From contig VMGT01000001.1 in NCBI GenBank assembly GCA_007376725.1, positions 1-55,185 of the forward strand: a stretch of 55,185 nt of DNA, written 5' to 3'. This DNA is from Parcubacteria group bacterium Greene1014_15 (lineage in GTDB: Bacteria > Patescibacteriota > Minisyncoccia > Phycocordibacterales > VMGT01). Both the position numbers and the translations under genes were made by a program. Positions 5,709 through 15,601 of the stretch are shown piece after piece (the first letter of the stretch is position 1; each line of letters begins with the position of its first letter). The notes below the pieces were generated by a model, which saw only the letters and a list, made by a program, of their open reading frames with translations, searched no databases and was not told the origin of the DNA.

Positions 5709-8180
5709 TTACCGCACGCGAAGCCCAGCCCACACAAAGAACGTACTCTCAACATCTATTTGTTTTCCTGCACGCATGTCCTGAATCTTTGCCTCTCCCT
5801 GCTCCTTAAAATTTGGATCAAGCTTTATTGCAGATTCTATCTCCTTGATTGCCCTTCCAAGTTGTCCGTCAACATAATACGCGGCAGCAAGAGTAGTTTT
5901 TACCTTAACAAGCTGATTTTCCTCTTTATTCACTTCGGCAAGTTTTTCCCATATACGAACGACAAGATCTGTTCTTCCTGTTTTAAGATATGCAAGTATC
6001 ATTTGACGTTCAGGAACTAAAATAGTGCCAAACCGCTCTTCAAGTATCTCTTTTGCGATTGTTTCTTTCCCAATCTGTTGGGCAAAAGATGCGTAGAACA
6101 CACGAGCTTGGTCATTTTTTTCCTCAAGTTTAAATGCCTCTCTAAAAAATTCAAGCGCCTTTTCATCTTCTTTGAGCTCCGAAAGCGCTGTAGCAAGCTC
6201 CATCGTAATAATTTGCTTTCGAGGAGAGAGCTCGTGCGCCTGCGCAAGCAGTGGTACACCGGCATCAGGCTTATTGATCGCCCGCAAAAATGCTCCTAGA
6301 AAATAATAATGGCGCGTCGAGAGAGGGGTCTCTTTGAGCTGTTTGTCGAATTGCTCCATTGTTAACGTGAAAAAGTTTTGTTTCACTTCTTGCGACGGCT
6401 GTGAACTTGCGATCACTTGAAGTGTCAACTGTAATAATTGTTCGCGAGCCTCAATCGCTCCAATTGTATTGTATGCAAAAACTTTTTTGAATTTTTCAAA
6501 ATTTTGAGTAATACCCTTCTCTTGAGGAATGATGGCATCAATAAGTATAGATGCGGCAAACATCGGCCTCACGTTGATCACATATACGGTAACACCGAGA
6601 ATAATGCAAAGCACCGGGGCAACTGTTGAATCAACTACTACACGCTTCACTTCTATCCATGTCCAAACTCCTCGTTCTCGCGGGAAACTTTCCATCGTAT
6701 GCACATACGCGAGAATGGAGAAAAAAAGGACATAGCTCACAATGTTGTCAAACACAAACAAATTGTGGAAAAGATATCCTGCAAGCATGCCGGTAAGAAG
6801 AGACTTGTCCACGAGCGTAAATTTTTTGCGCGTATCTTTCCAAAGAACAAAAAGTGTAACACCAAAAAGCGAGAGGTAGCTTACAAGACCCACAACCCCG
6901 GCACTGATCGTCCAATCAAGTATTATGTTGTGTGCCCTATCAAACCACGGTTCCTGCGAATACATGCGCGGGTCATAATATTTATTGAATACAATATCAA
7001 AATTGTTTTGTCCCCAGCCAAGAATCGGGCGCTCCTGTATTCCCTTAAGAGCCATCTGCCAAACCATTGATCGAGAACCAACTTCTCGAAATGAAAGATT
7101 GGTGAAACGAGAAAGTACGGGACTATGTGTAACGAAATCCGCATCTTTAATAAGCAAAAAACCGCCAAGGCCAAGAAAAAGAAGTATGATCCCCGCCAAT
7201 GCAACTTGCCTCAAGCGTCTTCGGCTCTTCTCAAAAAAAGCAATGAGAAGAGCGGTAAGAAGAAGTCCTCCGAGAAGACCGAGGATAGCGCCGCGCGTCG
7301 CTGTGTAGTAAAGTGTTGTCACCTGCAGCAAAAAGATACCTCCAGTTACAACATATTGAACCCATTGCTTCTCCATAATTTTTCGCTGTTTCCAAAGATA
7401 ACCTGCGCCAAACAAAACCGCAACGGAGATCACTCCGAGAATATACATGTCTTTGCCCATATGTACATTGTCGCTCACACCGACATGCATGAGAAAAAGC
7501 AAAAACCAACCCCCCCCAATAAAATAGCTTACAAGCGCTTCTCTGCTGAAATGCTTCGTCCTTCGAAAAAAGAGCATGAGGAGCAAGTACATGTTGAACA
7601 ACATATATATACCCATATATGTTGCATTCCCAAGTGTTCCATCAAGACGAACACCACCTTGGTTTATCTGCAAGGCACCTGCGAGCTGGAGATATCCGTA
7701 CATGCTCAAAAAAAGACTTACGCCTATTGAGGTATAGAAAAACTTATCCCAGAGTTTCATCGAGTTGAGTATAGAACCGGTAACCAAGACATATACTGCA
7801 AGATGAAGTATAGTGACAAGTCCCTCCATGCGTTCAAAGTTGCTCCAAATACTTGTTTGAACACTCACGCCCAAAAGATCAGCTATCGTAACAACAAGAA
7901 CAAATATTCCCATTGTTGTCAGGACAGCAGAACGCCCCAGACGATACCCCTTATTTCGAAGAGCAAGAAGCAACCAGGCTGTTGCGGTAATTTCAACAAT
8001 AATGCGAAACGCAAAATTTTTCCCTGTTATAAACGGAAAAAACATGTGCGGTGCAACAATAAGGGGGACAAACGGCACCATAAAAATGCCTCCGAGCGCA
8101 ATCAGCCGCAACATTTTATTTATTTGCATGCGTTGGAGTATAGCACTATCAACCCAATTTGACCATAAAAACAGCGGCAT
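5709..8180 (-). CDS. Polytopic membrane protein with an O-antigen-ligase/Wzy_C-like domain and a C-terminal TPR region
   Basis: Many hydrophobic segments. DRAHNIILDWTISAGVVGL resembles the Wzy_C/O-antigen ligase loop-helix signature. The C-terminal ~250 aa has repeated A/L/E/K-rich TPR-like units. The start is uncertain (TTG 8189, ATG 8180, or ATG 8129). Confidence 0.7.
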   Translation of the reverse strand: MPLFLWSNWVDSAILQRMQINKMLRLIALGGIFMVPFVPLIVAPHMFFPFITGKNFAFRIIVEITATAWLLLALRNKGYRLGRSAVLTTMGIFVLVVTIADLLGVSVQTSIWSNFERMEGLVTILHLAVYVLVTGSILNSMKLWDKFFYTSIGVSLFLSMYGYLQLAGALQINQGGVRLDGTLGNATYMGIYMLFNMYLLLMLFFRRTKHFSREALVSYFIGGGWFLLFLMHVGVSDNVHMGKDMYILGVISVAVLFGAGYLWKQRKIMEKQWVQYVVTGGIFLLQVTTLYYTATRGAILGLLGGLLLTALLIAFFEKSRRRLRQVALAGIILLFLGLGGFLLIKDADFVTHSPVLSRFTNLSFREVGSRSMVWQMALKGIQERPILGWGQNNFDIVFNKYYDPRMYSQEPWFDRAHNIILDWTISAGVVGLVSYLSLFGVTLFVLWKDTRKKFTLVDKSLLTGMLAGYLFHNLFVFDNIVSYVLFFSILAYVHTMESFPRERGVWTWIEVKRVVVDSTVAPVLCIILGVTVYVINVRPMFAASILIDAIIPQEKGITQNFEKFKKVFAYNTIGAIEAREQLLQLTLQVIASSQPSQEVKQNFFTLTMEQFDKQLKETPLSTRHYYFLGAFLRAINKPDAGVPLLAQAHELSPRKQIITMELATALSELKEDEKALEFFREAFKLEEKNDQARVFYASFAQQIGKETIAKEILEERFGTILVPERQMILAYLKTGRTDLVVRIWEKLAEVNKEENQLVKVKTTLAAAYYVDGQLGRAIKEIESAIKLDPNFKEQGEAKIQDMRAGKQIDVESTFFVWAGLRVR

Positions 8181-8212
8181 GAGTACCAAGGAGTACTCAT
8201 GCCGCGTTCACA

Positions 8213-9303
8213 TCACTTCTTTGTTGCGATTTGTTCCAAAAAGACTGCTATTTTTGGCGCGGTATCCCACACTGCGGGCGGGGCAGGAAATGTCGCTTCT
8301 TGCTGCGCGCGCAGGTCTTCGCATCCTTCATCCGTGAGCAAAGCGGATACTGCCTGCACGAAACCGAAAGGCCCGGCATCAAGATCAACAACAAGATTCC
8401 CGCCGAGTTTCGCGACAAACCATTCACCTCCATCGGGAACTCCCTGCAACATATTCAATTCTCGCACAAGTTTACTCGTGCAATAGATCGCAGGCTTTCG
8501 CGCAAGCGCGTACGCGATACTATCCGTTGCTCCACCGGTAAATACTGCAATTTTTGATGCGCGCAGAATCTCCGTCAGCGAAGCAGATCCGAAATCAAGT
8601 AACCACGCACCATTAGTTGATTGTAGCATGGCATTACGCTGTTCCAATTCTGCCTCGCCAATCTTTTCATCCCCACGAGTCTTAATTGCAAGAACGATGC
8701 GACCTTGGGCAAGCAAAAAAGCAACTTGCATATGCGAAATTACAAGATTGTTCAAGCCTGCATGCTTAACGCAACCAAAAGAAACAATCATATCGTCTGG
8801 ACACACTGGCCGGTCAAGCAAAAGTGCAGACATCTTCCTCGACTTTCTGAACTCTTGCTGCATGTCGCTAGAGGTTGTTAAAGCATCATACGTCGCCTTC
8901 CAATGCTGAGGAAGACCAAAGTACTCGCTCCGAACATAGCCAAGCGCGGCTACCTGCTCGCGCCATTGTTCCATCGCGAGAATGACCGCGGTTGTACACT
9001 GCCGAAATTTCTCAAATTTCGGCCGACCTGAAGAACCTGGGGTATCTTCGAGTACAATGATTGGCACAGTGAATGAAAGGTGCCAAAGAATATCAGTTTC
9101 TTCTTCTGTGTCGTAGGAAGCGGGCCCGCCGACAACCACAACATCACACGTCGCAAGTTGTGGGCCATACTCGGACGCAAGGCCCCTCTTTTGACAGGGG
9201 GCAAAAACGATTTCATTACTGGCATCTTTCGCAGCTCATCAGCAATCATCCGATTGTATTTCGACGGACCCTTGTCATACGCAATAAAGCCATACCGCAT
9301 CAT
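8213..9303 (-). pseudogene. Frameshifted Rossmann/GT-B-like gene of unknown function (or a 1-nt assembly error)
   Basis: Frame A from ATG 9303 (MMRYGFIAYDKGPSKYNRMIADELRK) continues sensibly only in the -1 frame (AAKDASNEIVFAPCQKRGLASEYGPQLATCDVVVVGGPASYDTEEE...). That frame is the 8213-9139 ORF extended upstream without a start codon. The switch must lie between 9235 and about 9150, most simply at CGAAAG (9231-9226). Confidence 0.55.
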
Positions 9304-9360
9304 TTTACCCTTTCCAATACTCTTGACATATTGTCAATACTCATGACCTACAGGTTAAAC

Positions 9361-9381
9361 AGCCTTTCGTTCCGAAAGGTT
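9361..9381 (-). terminator. Weak hairpin after the dehydrogenase gene
   Basis: CCTTTCG (9363-9369), loop TTC, CGAAAGG (9373-9379). The minus strand follows with CUGUUUAAC, a poor U tract. Confidence 0.25.
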
Positions 9382-9411
9382 ACGAGCGCGAAAACAAGAT
9401 GCCGTAGACTC

Positions 9412-10362
9412 TTATACACTAGACGCAAGATACGCTGCCATTTTTTTGGCAATAAACACGTCAGTCGCAATACGCGACTCAACGGTCATGCCACCAATGT
9501 GGGGAAGCACGATCACATTCTCATGATTCTTCGCGTGCTCAACAAGGGGATAGCTGCTGAATGTTGTACCATCAAAGTCCAGTTCACCAGCCAACACATC
9601 TGTTCCATATCCTGCAATTTTCTTTTTCTGTATCGCCTCAAGGAGCGCGTCTTCGTTCACGATTTTACCGCGTGAAGTGTTGATCAAGTACGTGGATGGT
9701 TTCATTTTCTCAAGCGCTTTCGCATCAAACATATTCTCTGTGTCTTCTTTCAAGTGCACATGTATTGAAATTGCGTCGCTTGCTCGCAAAATTTCGTCGA
9801 AAGAAACTTTTTTATACAAAGAACTATCTACATTCGGGTCAACAAAGATCACGTTCATATTGAATGCTTTTCCATACTGCGCCATGAGTGATCCGAGGCG
9901 GCCAAGACCCACAATGCCGAGTGTCATGTAGGAGAGATTATGCCCGCGGAACAAATCGCGATCCCAGACCCCAGACTTCACAGAATCAAATGCCCAAGGA
10001 GATCGGCGCGCAAGATCAATGAGCATACCAAATGCAAGTTCCGCCGTACCGGTGATCGTCCTTAAAAATGCATCTTCTCCGCGAAGAGAAACAACTGCAA
10101 TTCCCTTCTCCTTCGCATACACAACATCAATGTGATCGAGGCCTGTCGTTGATGTTGCAATTACCTTTAAATTCTTCGCTCGGTCGAGAACGTCCTTGTG
10201 CAGATTCAAGCCGAGCTGCACAAAAATAATATCGAATTTTGAAATACACTCCAGAAGTTCATCCTGCGTTAACTGTTTATACTCGACACTCCCGAGCGTT
10301 TCAATGATCGCACGAGCTTTTGTCGGATATTCGGTAATCGTGTTGAGAATTTTATATGTCAT
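9412..10362 (-). CDS. D-isomer-specific 2-hydroxyacid dehydrogenase family, NAD-binding
   Basis: GIVGLGRLGSLMAQ (the GxGxxG motif), INTSRGKIVNEDAL and PHIGGMT are typical of this family. The ATG at 10362 (MTYKIL) is preferred; it overlaps the neuA stop by 11 nt. The track start at 10404 is possible. Confidence 0.85.
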   Translation of the reverse strand: MTYKILNTITEYPTKARAIIETLGSVEYKQLTQDELLECISKFDIIFVQLGLNLHKDVLDRAKNLKVIATSTTGLDHIDVVYAKEKGIAVVSLRGEDAFLRTITGTAELAFGMLIDLARRSPWAFDSVKSGVWDRDLFRGHNLSYMTLGIVGLGRLGSLMAQYGKAFNMNVIFVDPNVDSSLYKKVSFDEILRASDAISIHVHLKEDTENMFDAKALEKMKPSTYLINTSRGKIVNEDALLEAIQKKKIAGYGTDVLAGELDFDGTTFSSYPLVEHAKNHENVIVLPHIGGMTVESRIATDVFIAKKMAAYLASSV

Positions 10363-11080
10363 ATCCTTTTTTTCGTAACTCATGAAGCATATACTCCGCC
10401 ACAATCATATCAACAGGTTCGTCTATATCAATCGAGCGTTCCTTTGGTGTCTCGTGTCCAACAACATAATCACCGTAGAGACGATTTTTCTCCATAATAA
10501 CATCTCGACGCATCGCGTAGACGGCGCCGCTGCGCCGGTACGCAACGGGAAAATCCTGCCGACGAGTGCCCTCTTCTTCGGGAATAACATACGGAATGAT
10601 CCGATCTCCATCGAATTTTTTAATTTTTATAGGATGGTCACTCCCCACGCGAACAACGGTAACAGCGCTTTCCGCGCCGGAAGAAATGAGTTTTCGGAGC
10701 GTTTCGTCAATGTCTTCGGGAATCCGAAACGGGGAAGTCGGCTGAAGAATAACACAATAATCATACCGACAACCCTTTCTTTGTTCCATTTCTCTAAGTG
10801 CATGCTGCATCACCGGAAGATGCGGAACACGATCGCCGGCCAATTCAGGAGGACGCATGAACGGCACATGACCATTCCATTGCTTGGCGATATCCGCAAT
10901 TTCTTCGTCATCAGTAGAAATAATCAAATCAGTAATCAGGGCGCTTTTGTTGCCAACTTCAATAGAGTACGCAATGAGTGGCTTGCCTCCGATCTCCTTG
11001 ATATTTTTGCCAGGTATGCCCTTTGAGCCGCCACGAGCAGTTATAACACCTAAGATACTATATTTTTTGCTGTTTTCCAT
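10352..11080 (-). CDS. neuA: Acylneuraminate (nonulosonate) cytidylyltransferase, NeuA-type
   Basis: ILGVITARGGSKGIPGKNIK...GGKPLIAYSI...ISTDDEEI...LQPTSPFR is the classic CMP-NeuAc synthetase / CTP_transf_3 signature. Confidence 0.9.
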   Translation of the reverse strand: MENSKKYSILGVITARGGSKGIPGKNIKEIGGKPLIAYSIEVGNKSALITDLIISTDDEEIADIAKQWNGHVPFMRPPELAGDRVPHLPVMQHALREMEQRKGCRYDYCVILQPTSPFRIPEDIDETLRKLISSGAESAVTVVRVGSDHPIKIKKFDGDRIIPYVIPEEEGTRRQDFPVAYRRSGAVYAMRRDVIMEKNRLYGDYVVGHETPKERSIDIDEPVDMIVAEYMLHELRKKGYDI

Positions 11081-12276
11081 ATTTTTTCGGAAACCGCATG
11101 TTCCTCTTTTTCATAAAATATTTTTTGCGTGTAGAGCGATACCGTAGCAATTTTGTACGCAATATTCTTACTCGGTGATTCGCCAAGATACAACGACGAT
11201 GATTGATACTTGCCATGGAGAATCTGCTGACGAATCACGTTCTTGATCGCGCTACTGTCGTGCGGCACATCAACAACATTTGGACCTCGAAGACGCTGTT
11301 GTTGCCGCGTACCAATGTTCACGACAGGTACACCAAGAAACGAACATTCTTTTATACCCGCAGACGAATTTCCTACGAGAGCTTTCGCGTTGCGCAAAAG
11401 ACCGAACCATTCTTCCGGATGCAAATAACGCATAAAACGTATCTTGTGATTTTGCACTTGATCGTTAAAAATACGCAGCTGACGAGAAATCTGTTCTGAC
11501 CCAACGTCAAAATTTGGCCAAAACCACACTGTCTGCACACCGAGATCATGTACCGCGTCAAGTACTGTTTTTGTATGAGAAATACTATCATCAAATTCGC
11601 TCGCCACGGGGTGATAGAGAACAATAATATACTCTTGAGAAAGGTCGAGGGATGCACCGCTGCCCGTTACGGTAATATCAGGAGCATGCATGCCAAGTTT
11701 CGCGGGCACTTCAAGATCAGGGCTGCCGAAATTAAAAATATATTTAGGATTTTCTCCCATCTTTTGAAGCCTGTTCGCTGCATCATTATTTGTCGCAAAG
11801 TGTATATGCGAAAGTTTTGAGACCGCATGACGCACACTTTCGTCAATCGTGCCCGAGAGATCGCCTCCCTCAATATGCGCAATGGATATATTCATCAATG
11901 CCGCTGCAACCGCAGCTGACAGAACTTCGAAACGATCGCCGCGGATGACCACAACGTCAGGTTTGATCTGCTCCAACAAAGAAGAAAACTCTATAATACC
12001 GAGACCTGTTGTTTTTGTCTTTGTGGCATAATTGTCCCCCTCAAGATTGAAGTGCATTTCATGCAAATACTCAAAGCCTGCTTTCGCCAAACGCTCTTTG
12101 ATGCCAATACTTACCGATGTGTATTTAGCGGAAAGAGCTGTTCCGGCAAGAACCACATGAAGCTCGACATCGGAGCGTTTGCGCAATTCGTCAAGCACAA
12201 GAATATTGCGGCTGTAGTGTATAAAACTCGTAATGACAAAACACACGCTTCGTTTTTTGCTTGAAGACATATCCAT
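11050..12276 (-). CDS. neuC: UDP-N-acetylglucosamine 2-epimerase (hydrolysing), NeuC-type
   Basis: VVIRGDRFEVLSAAVAAALMNISIAHIEGGDLSGTIDESVRHAVSKLSHIHF and LVGNSSAGIKECSFLGVPVVNIG match NeuC. The start is taken at ATG 12276, 1 nt after the neuB stop. Confidence 0.88.
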   Translation of the reverse strand: MDMSSSKKRSVCFVITSFIHYSRNILVLDELRKRSDVELHVVLAGTALSAKYTSVSIGIKERLAKAGFEYLHEMHFNLEGDNYATKTKTTGLGIIEFSSLLEQIKPDVVVIRGDRFEVLSAAVAAALMNISIAHIEGGDLSGTIDESVRHAVSKLSHIHFATNNDAANRLQKMGENPKYIFNFGSPDLEVPAKLGMHAPDITVTGSGASLDLSQEYIIVLYHPVASEFDDSISHTKTVLDAVHDLGVQTVWFWPNFDVGSEQISRQLRIFNDQVQNHKIRFMRYLHPEEWFGLLRNAKALVGNSSAGIKECSFLGVPVVNIGTRQQQRLRGPNVVDVPHDSSAIKNVIRQQILHGKYQSSSLYLGESPSKNIAYKIATVSLYTQKIFYEKEEHAVSEKIWKTAKNIVS

Positions 12277-12277
12277 A

Positions 12278-13387
12278 TCATTCAAATACAGATTCTGCAA
12301 TTGGTTCATATTTGTGAAGTGTCCTGCGCAGTTTCTTTCCAATCACCATATCAAATTTATCTGCTGAAGTTCCTTCTATATACATCTTAGGACGCATGGC
12401 AAAGACAAGTTCTTTTGTAAGAACTGTGCCCGCAACGATATCTGCGCTAGCAACAAGCGCTTTGTTGAAATACGGACGAAAAATACTATTCGCTCCTTCG
12501 AGTTCTTTTGAACGATCACCAAAGTAGGGGGTCACATCAATTTCTTCAGCCTTACCTCCGCGTATGTCCTCTATCATGAGCCGCATTTCATCCGGTGTAA
12601 TCGAAGCTTTGTGGTCTGCGCCCCAAAGGTCGCGTGAAAAAGAAAAATGCTTTTCAATGATCCGTGCACCCAATTTAATTGCAGCAAGATCAACTTCATG
12701 TCCGTCAACCGAGTGATCAGAAAAACCAATCACCGTGTCGGGATATTTTTCACGCAAATGAGCAATGGTCGCCAAATTAAAAAGTTCTGGCGGGCAAGGA
12801 TACTGACTCACGCAATACAATACGGCGAGAGCAATACCCTTGCCCCGAATATGCGCGATCACTCCATCGAGCTCTTTGAGAGAAACCATGCCGCTTGAAA
12901 TAATAAGTGGCTTGCCGGTACTCGCAATAAAATCGAGTGTCACATGATCATGCACATCCCCGGAACCGATTTTCCAGAGAGGCACGCCAACCTCTTCAAG
13001 TTTCATTGCTGCCTTGCGACTCATCGGCGTCGAGAAGAAGACAATACCCCGATTATCGCAATGCTGTTTAATCTCTCTCCAAAACAAAAGCGGCGTTGCC
13101 TCCATATTCCTTTTGATCCAACTGTATCGATCACTACCCTTGAAATGAGGCGAGATTACGTCGACATTGATGAATTCATCTTCGAGTTCATGCGTCTGAA
13201 ATTTAACCGCGTCCGCACCGACACTCGTAGCTGCATCAACGAGATCTTTAGCATTTTGTAGATATTCTTCGACCGGGCGATCTTCTAGAGTCTGAATAAA
13301 ATTTTTCCCAATTTCAGCAATCACAAAAACATCATCTCCTCCGATGATTTTGTTTGCTCCTCTAATATATAGTGTTGGCTCTGCCAT
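12278..13387 (-). CDS. neuB: N-acetylneuraminate (nonulosonate) synthase with a C-terminal SAF domain, NeuB-type
   Basis: VFVIAEIGKNF...GADAVKFQTH...KIGSGDV...SDHS...ARIIEKHFS, plus a C-terminal SAF-like segment. Confidence 0.92.
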   Translation of the reverse strand: MAEPTLYIRGANKIIGGDDVFVIAEIGKNFIQTLEDRPVEEYLQNAKDLVDAATSVGADAVKFQTHELEDEFINVDVISPHFKGSDRYSWIKRNMEATPLLFWREIKQHCDNRGIVFFSTPMSRKAAMKLEEVGVPLWKIGSGDVHDHVTLDFIASTGKPLIISSGMVSLKELDGVIAHIRGKGIALAVLYCVSQYPCPPELFNLATIAHLREKYPDTVIGFSDHSVDGHEVDLAAIKLGARIIEKHFSFSRDLWGADHKASITPDEMRLMIEDIRGGKAEEIDVTPYFGDRSKELEGANSIFRPYFNKALVASADIVAGTVLTKELVFAMRPKMYIEGTSADKFDMVIGKKLRRTLHKYEPIAESVFE

Positions 13388-13427
13388 AACGTCTTTTTAA
13401 TGTATAACAATACAAATCATTACGAAG

Positions 13428-14453
13428 TCACCTTATGAGCATGGAAAGCCCAATTTTCTGCATATACCTTTTCCAGCCCCCATACACAATAACGTGGTAA
13501 AGCTTAAGGTATGGCAGGAAAAACTGCGCTCGAAAGAACAGGACATCGCCTTTCAATTTTTTCATATCTCTCCGCAAAACTTCCGGTCGTGTTTTCCTTA
13601 CCACGAAGCGCATGTGATGCATACTCATTCCCCGTTCTTTCTGTCTTTTGAGAACAGAGACTTTTTTATGTTCATCAACATCCATATATACAATTTCAAA
13701 TCCGACAGACTGTATCATCAGTGTAAGCGTTTCCGGCGTAAACATATAGGGATGATCTATTTGCACACTGCTGTAAATCGCCCCTGCGCGGCGGCATTGT
13801 TGACGAAAATTCTTTACAGCTAAAATGATCGTTCCGCCCATTGCAAGATGATCATGCGACCACACAAGAAATCCGCGCGGATCAAGAAGGTGATTAAAGG
13901 TCTGCACGCAAAACACCGTCGAGAGCGAGTTGATTTTGTCGTTTCTAAAATTCTCAAAGAGTGTGTTGTATGTTTCGATTCCTTGCGAGTTCGCGTACGC
14001 AGCATCTGCCGAGGACGGCTCTATGCCAACAACAGAAACTCCCCGTATAGTATCTTTGACTCCAGCAAGCAGGCCGCCGTAAGAAGAACCAACATCTAAA
14101 ATAACTCCCTTGCAAATCCATTTTCGAAAGTCTTCCGCAAGCGCTCTGCCAAACTGGTAGGCATTTTCAAACCCTCTTCCCGCAGGATCAGCATACTTTG
14201 GAGAAGTTTTGCCTTTCGTTCTCAATCGTTCCTCATGGTAGTACGTTTTATAATACCGATCATACTCAGTGCGTGTCATACGAGGATTAATAAAAATGAG
14301 TCCGCAATTTTTGCACATGCACGTCTGCACATTCATTCCGCTTGAAATCTTTCGCGCAAGAACATACAACGAATCTGCGCCGCAAAGATTGCAGGAAATT
14401 TCTTCACATACCGCTGTCTCATATTGAAACCTGCTCTTCTCAGAATGTTCCAT
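13428..14453 (-). CDS. Class I SAM-dependent methyltransferase with an N-terminal Cys4 zinc-ribbon
   Basis: CNLCGA...CKNCG zinc ribbon. Motif I is VILDVGSSYGGLL. The layout is Methyltransf_23-like. Confidence 0.8.
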   Translation of the reverse strand: MEHSEKSRFQYETAVCEEISCNLCGADSLYVLARKISSGMNVQTCMCKNCGLIFINPRMTRTEYDRYYKTYYHEERLRTKGKTSPKYADPAGRGFENAYQFGRALAEDFRKWICKGVILDVGSSYGGLLAGVKDTIRGVSVVGIEPSSADAAYANSQGIETYNTLFENFRNDKINSLSTVFCVQTFNHLLDPRGFLVWSHDHLAMGGTIILAVKNFRQQCRRAGAIYSSVQIDHPYMFTPETLTLMIQSVGFEIVYMDVDEHKKVSVLKRQKERGMSMHHMRFVVRKTRPEVLRRDMKKLKGDVLFFRAQFFLPYLKLYHVIVYGGWKRYMQKIGLSMLIR

Positions 14454-14457
14454 ATTA

Positions 14458-14526
14458 GAGCATATCCATTATCTAACGCCTCGGCGAAATGTTCAAAATT
14501 CGTTGCGGTTAAATAGTGGATAGGCC
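14458..14526. repeat. MITE-like element B (miniature copy) filling the intergenic spacer
   Basis: Termini are TATCCATTATCTAA and TTAAATAGTGGATA (14/16 complementary). The interior CGCCTCGGCGAAATGTTCAAAATTCGTTGCGG aligns at about 39/51 (by eye) with the left half of copy C. It occupies essentially the whole 74-bp gap between 14453 and 14528. Confidence 0.8.
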
Positions 14527-14527
14527 A

Positions 14528-15601
14528 TTACATACAGGCAACAGAGACACGTTCTTGAATAACGATTCTCCTCTCGGCTGTCATGCAGTTATTAAGTATA
14601 TTCATTCTTCCTGAATCGAGCTCAAAAAGAGGCGCTTTTCCCTCTGGAACATCGTTTGCATCCATGCGCCCCAATAAAAGCGGAGATTGGAGTGAAGTAT
14701 TACATGCACGCTCCATCGTAAAGCCAAATTTGAAACCCTCGTCTTCGGCAACAGCGGCACACAATTGCGACACAAGATCCGGAGCCCCAAAGGGGTACGA
14801 AATGCCCTGTATTTCGTGCGCATCACTGCCTGCAATAGCTGCAACAACATCGCGTGTTTTTGTAATTTCCATACGAAGCATAGCATCATCAAGAGATGCC
14901 ATCGGCACATGAGAATATCCATGAACCCCGAGGCTTTCCAAATGTAACAATTCTCGAAGACCCTCTCTTGGAATATACATTTGCTCACAAAATACCGCTT
15001 CATTTGGGACTAGCGCGTTGAACATTCGATTGATAATCGCATCACGAATGGTTATCGGCAATGAGCTTTTATTTAATAAAAACTTGAGTCGCGCTTCATC
15101 AATGTCATCATACAAATACTGCGATCGAATCAACGCATCTGAAACACCAAGCGAATCTAAAGAGAAAATGCTACCCGTCAAATAGAGATATTCTTCCGCA
15201 ATGATGCTTAAAAACTTTTTTGGCGAAAGTTGCGCGCGACACCAATGTATTTTGTGCACTGACAAAACACGGCGTTCCTCATAAGGCAATCCAGACACAA
15301 AAAAAATCGCAGGTATGCCATGCTTCCTTAAAAGAGGGAGCGCAAGATCATATTGACCTCGAAACCCGTCATCGAATGTCATAATTGCCGCGTATTTCGG
15401 CAAAAATTTTTCTCCGGAAAGCACAGCAAGCATCTCTCGCTGTCCGACGAAAGTAAAAACGGATTGCAAGGCCTTTATTTGGCGCTCTAATCGCTCAATT
15501 GAAACAGGATATATCCCCTGCGCGTAGGTATCTTCGTTGCCTATATAATGATAATTGATCGCGAGAAGCATACTACATTGAAATGATTGGGTATTTGGCA
15601 T
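14528..15601 (-). CDS. Polysaccharide deacetylase (NodB-homology) family protein
   Basis: MTFDDGFRGQYDLALPLLRKHGIPAIFFV and a later HGYSH histidine motif. Confidence 0.82.
   Translation of the reverse strand: MPNTQSFQCSMLLAINYHYIGNEDTYAQGIYPVSIERLERQIKALQSVFTFVGQREMLAVLSGEKFLPKYAAIMTFDDGFRGQYDLALPLLRKHGIPAIFFVSGLPYEERRVLSVHKIHWCRAQLSPKKFLSIIAEEYLYLTGSIFSLDSLGVSDALIRSQYLYDDIDEARLKFLLNKSSLPITIRDAIINRMFNALVPNEAVFCEQMYIPREGLRELLHLESLGVHGYSHVPMASLDDAMLRMEITKTRDVVAAIAGSDAHEIQGISYPFGAPDLVSQLCAAVAEDEGFKFGFTMERACNTSLQSPLLLGRMDANDVPEGKAPLFELDSGRMNILNNCMTAERRIVIQERVSVACM

Noticed and set aside
9226-9231. Programmed -1 ribosomal frameshift at CGA AAG in the 8213-9303 gene.
   Set aside because: There is no X XXY YYZ slippery heptamer and no obvious downstream stimulatory structure. 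A 1-nt indel (pseudogene or assembly error) is the simpler explanation.
8950-9303. 117-aa ORF as an independent gene.
   Set aside because: Only the first ~26 codons look protein-like. The remainder overlaps the better-looking -1 frame by about 190 nt.
9323-9337. TTGACATATTGTCAA (6-3-6 palindrome containing a consensus -35 hexamer) upstream of the 9303 start, as a promoter.
   Set aside because: No acceptable -10 element lies at 16-18 nt spacing on the minus strand. It might be an operator site, but there is no supporting evidence.
10382-11026. 214-aa plus-strand ORF.
   Set aside because: It is antisense to neuA and has no recognisable motifs, so it is a shadow ORF.
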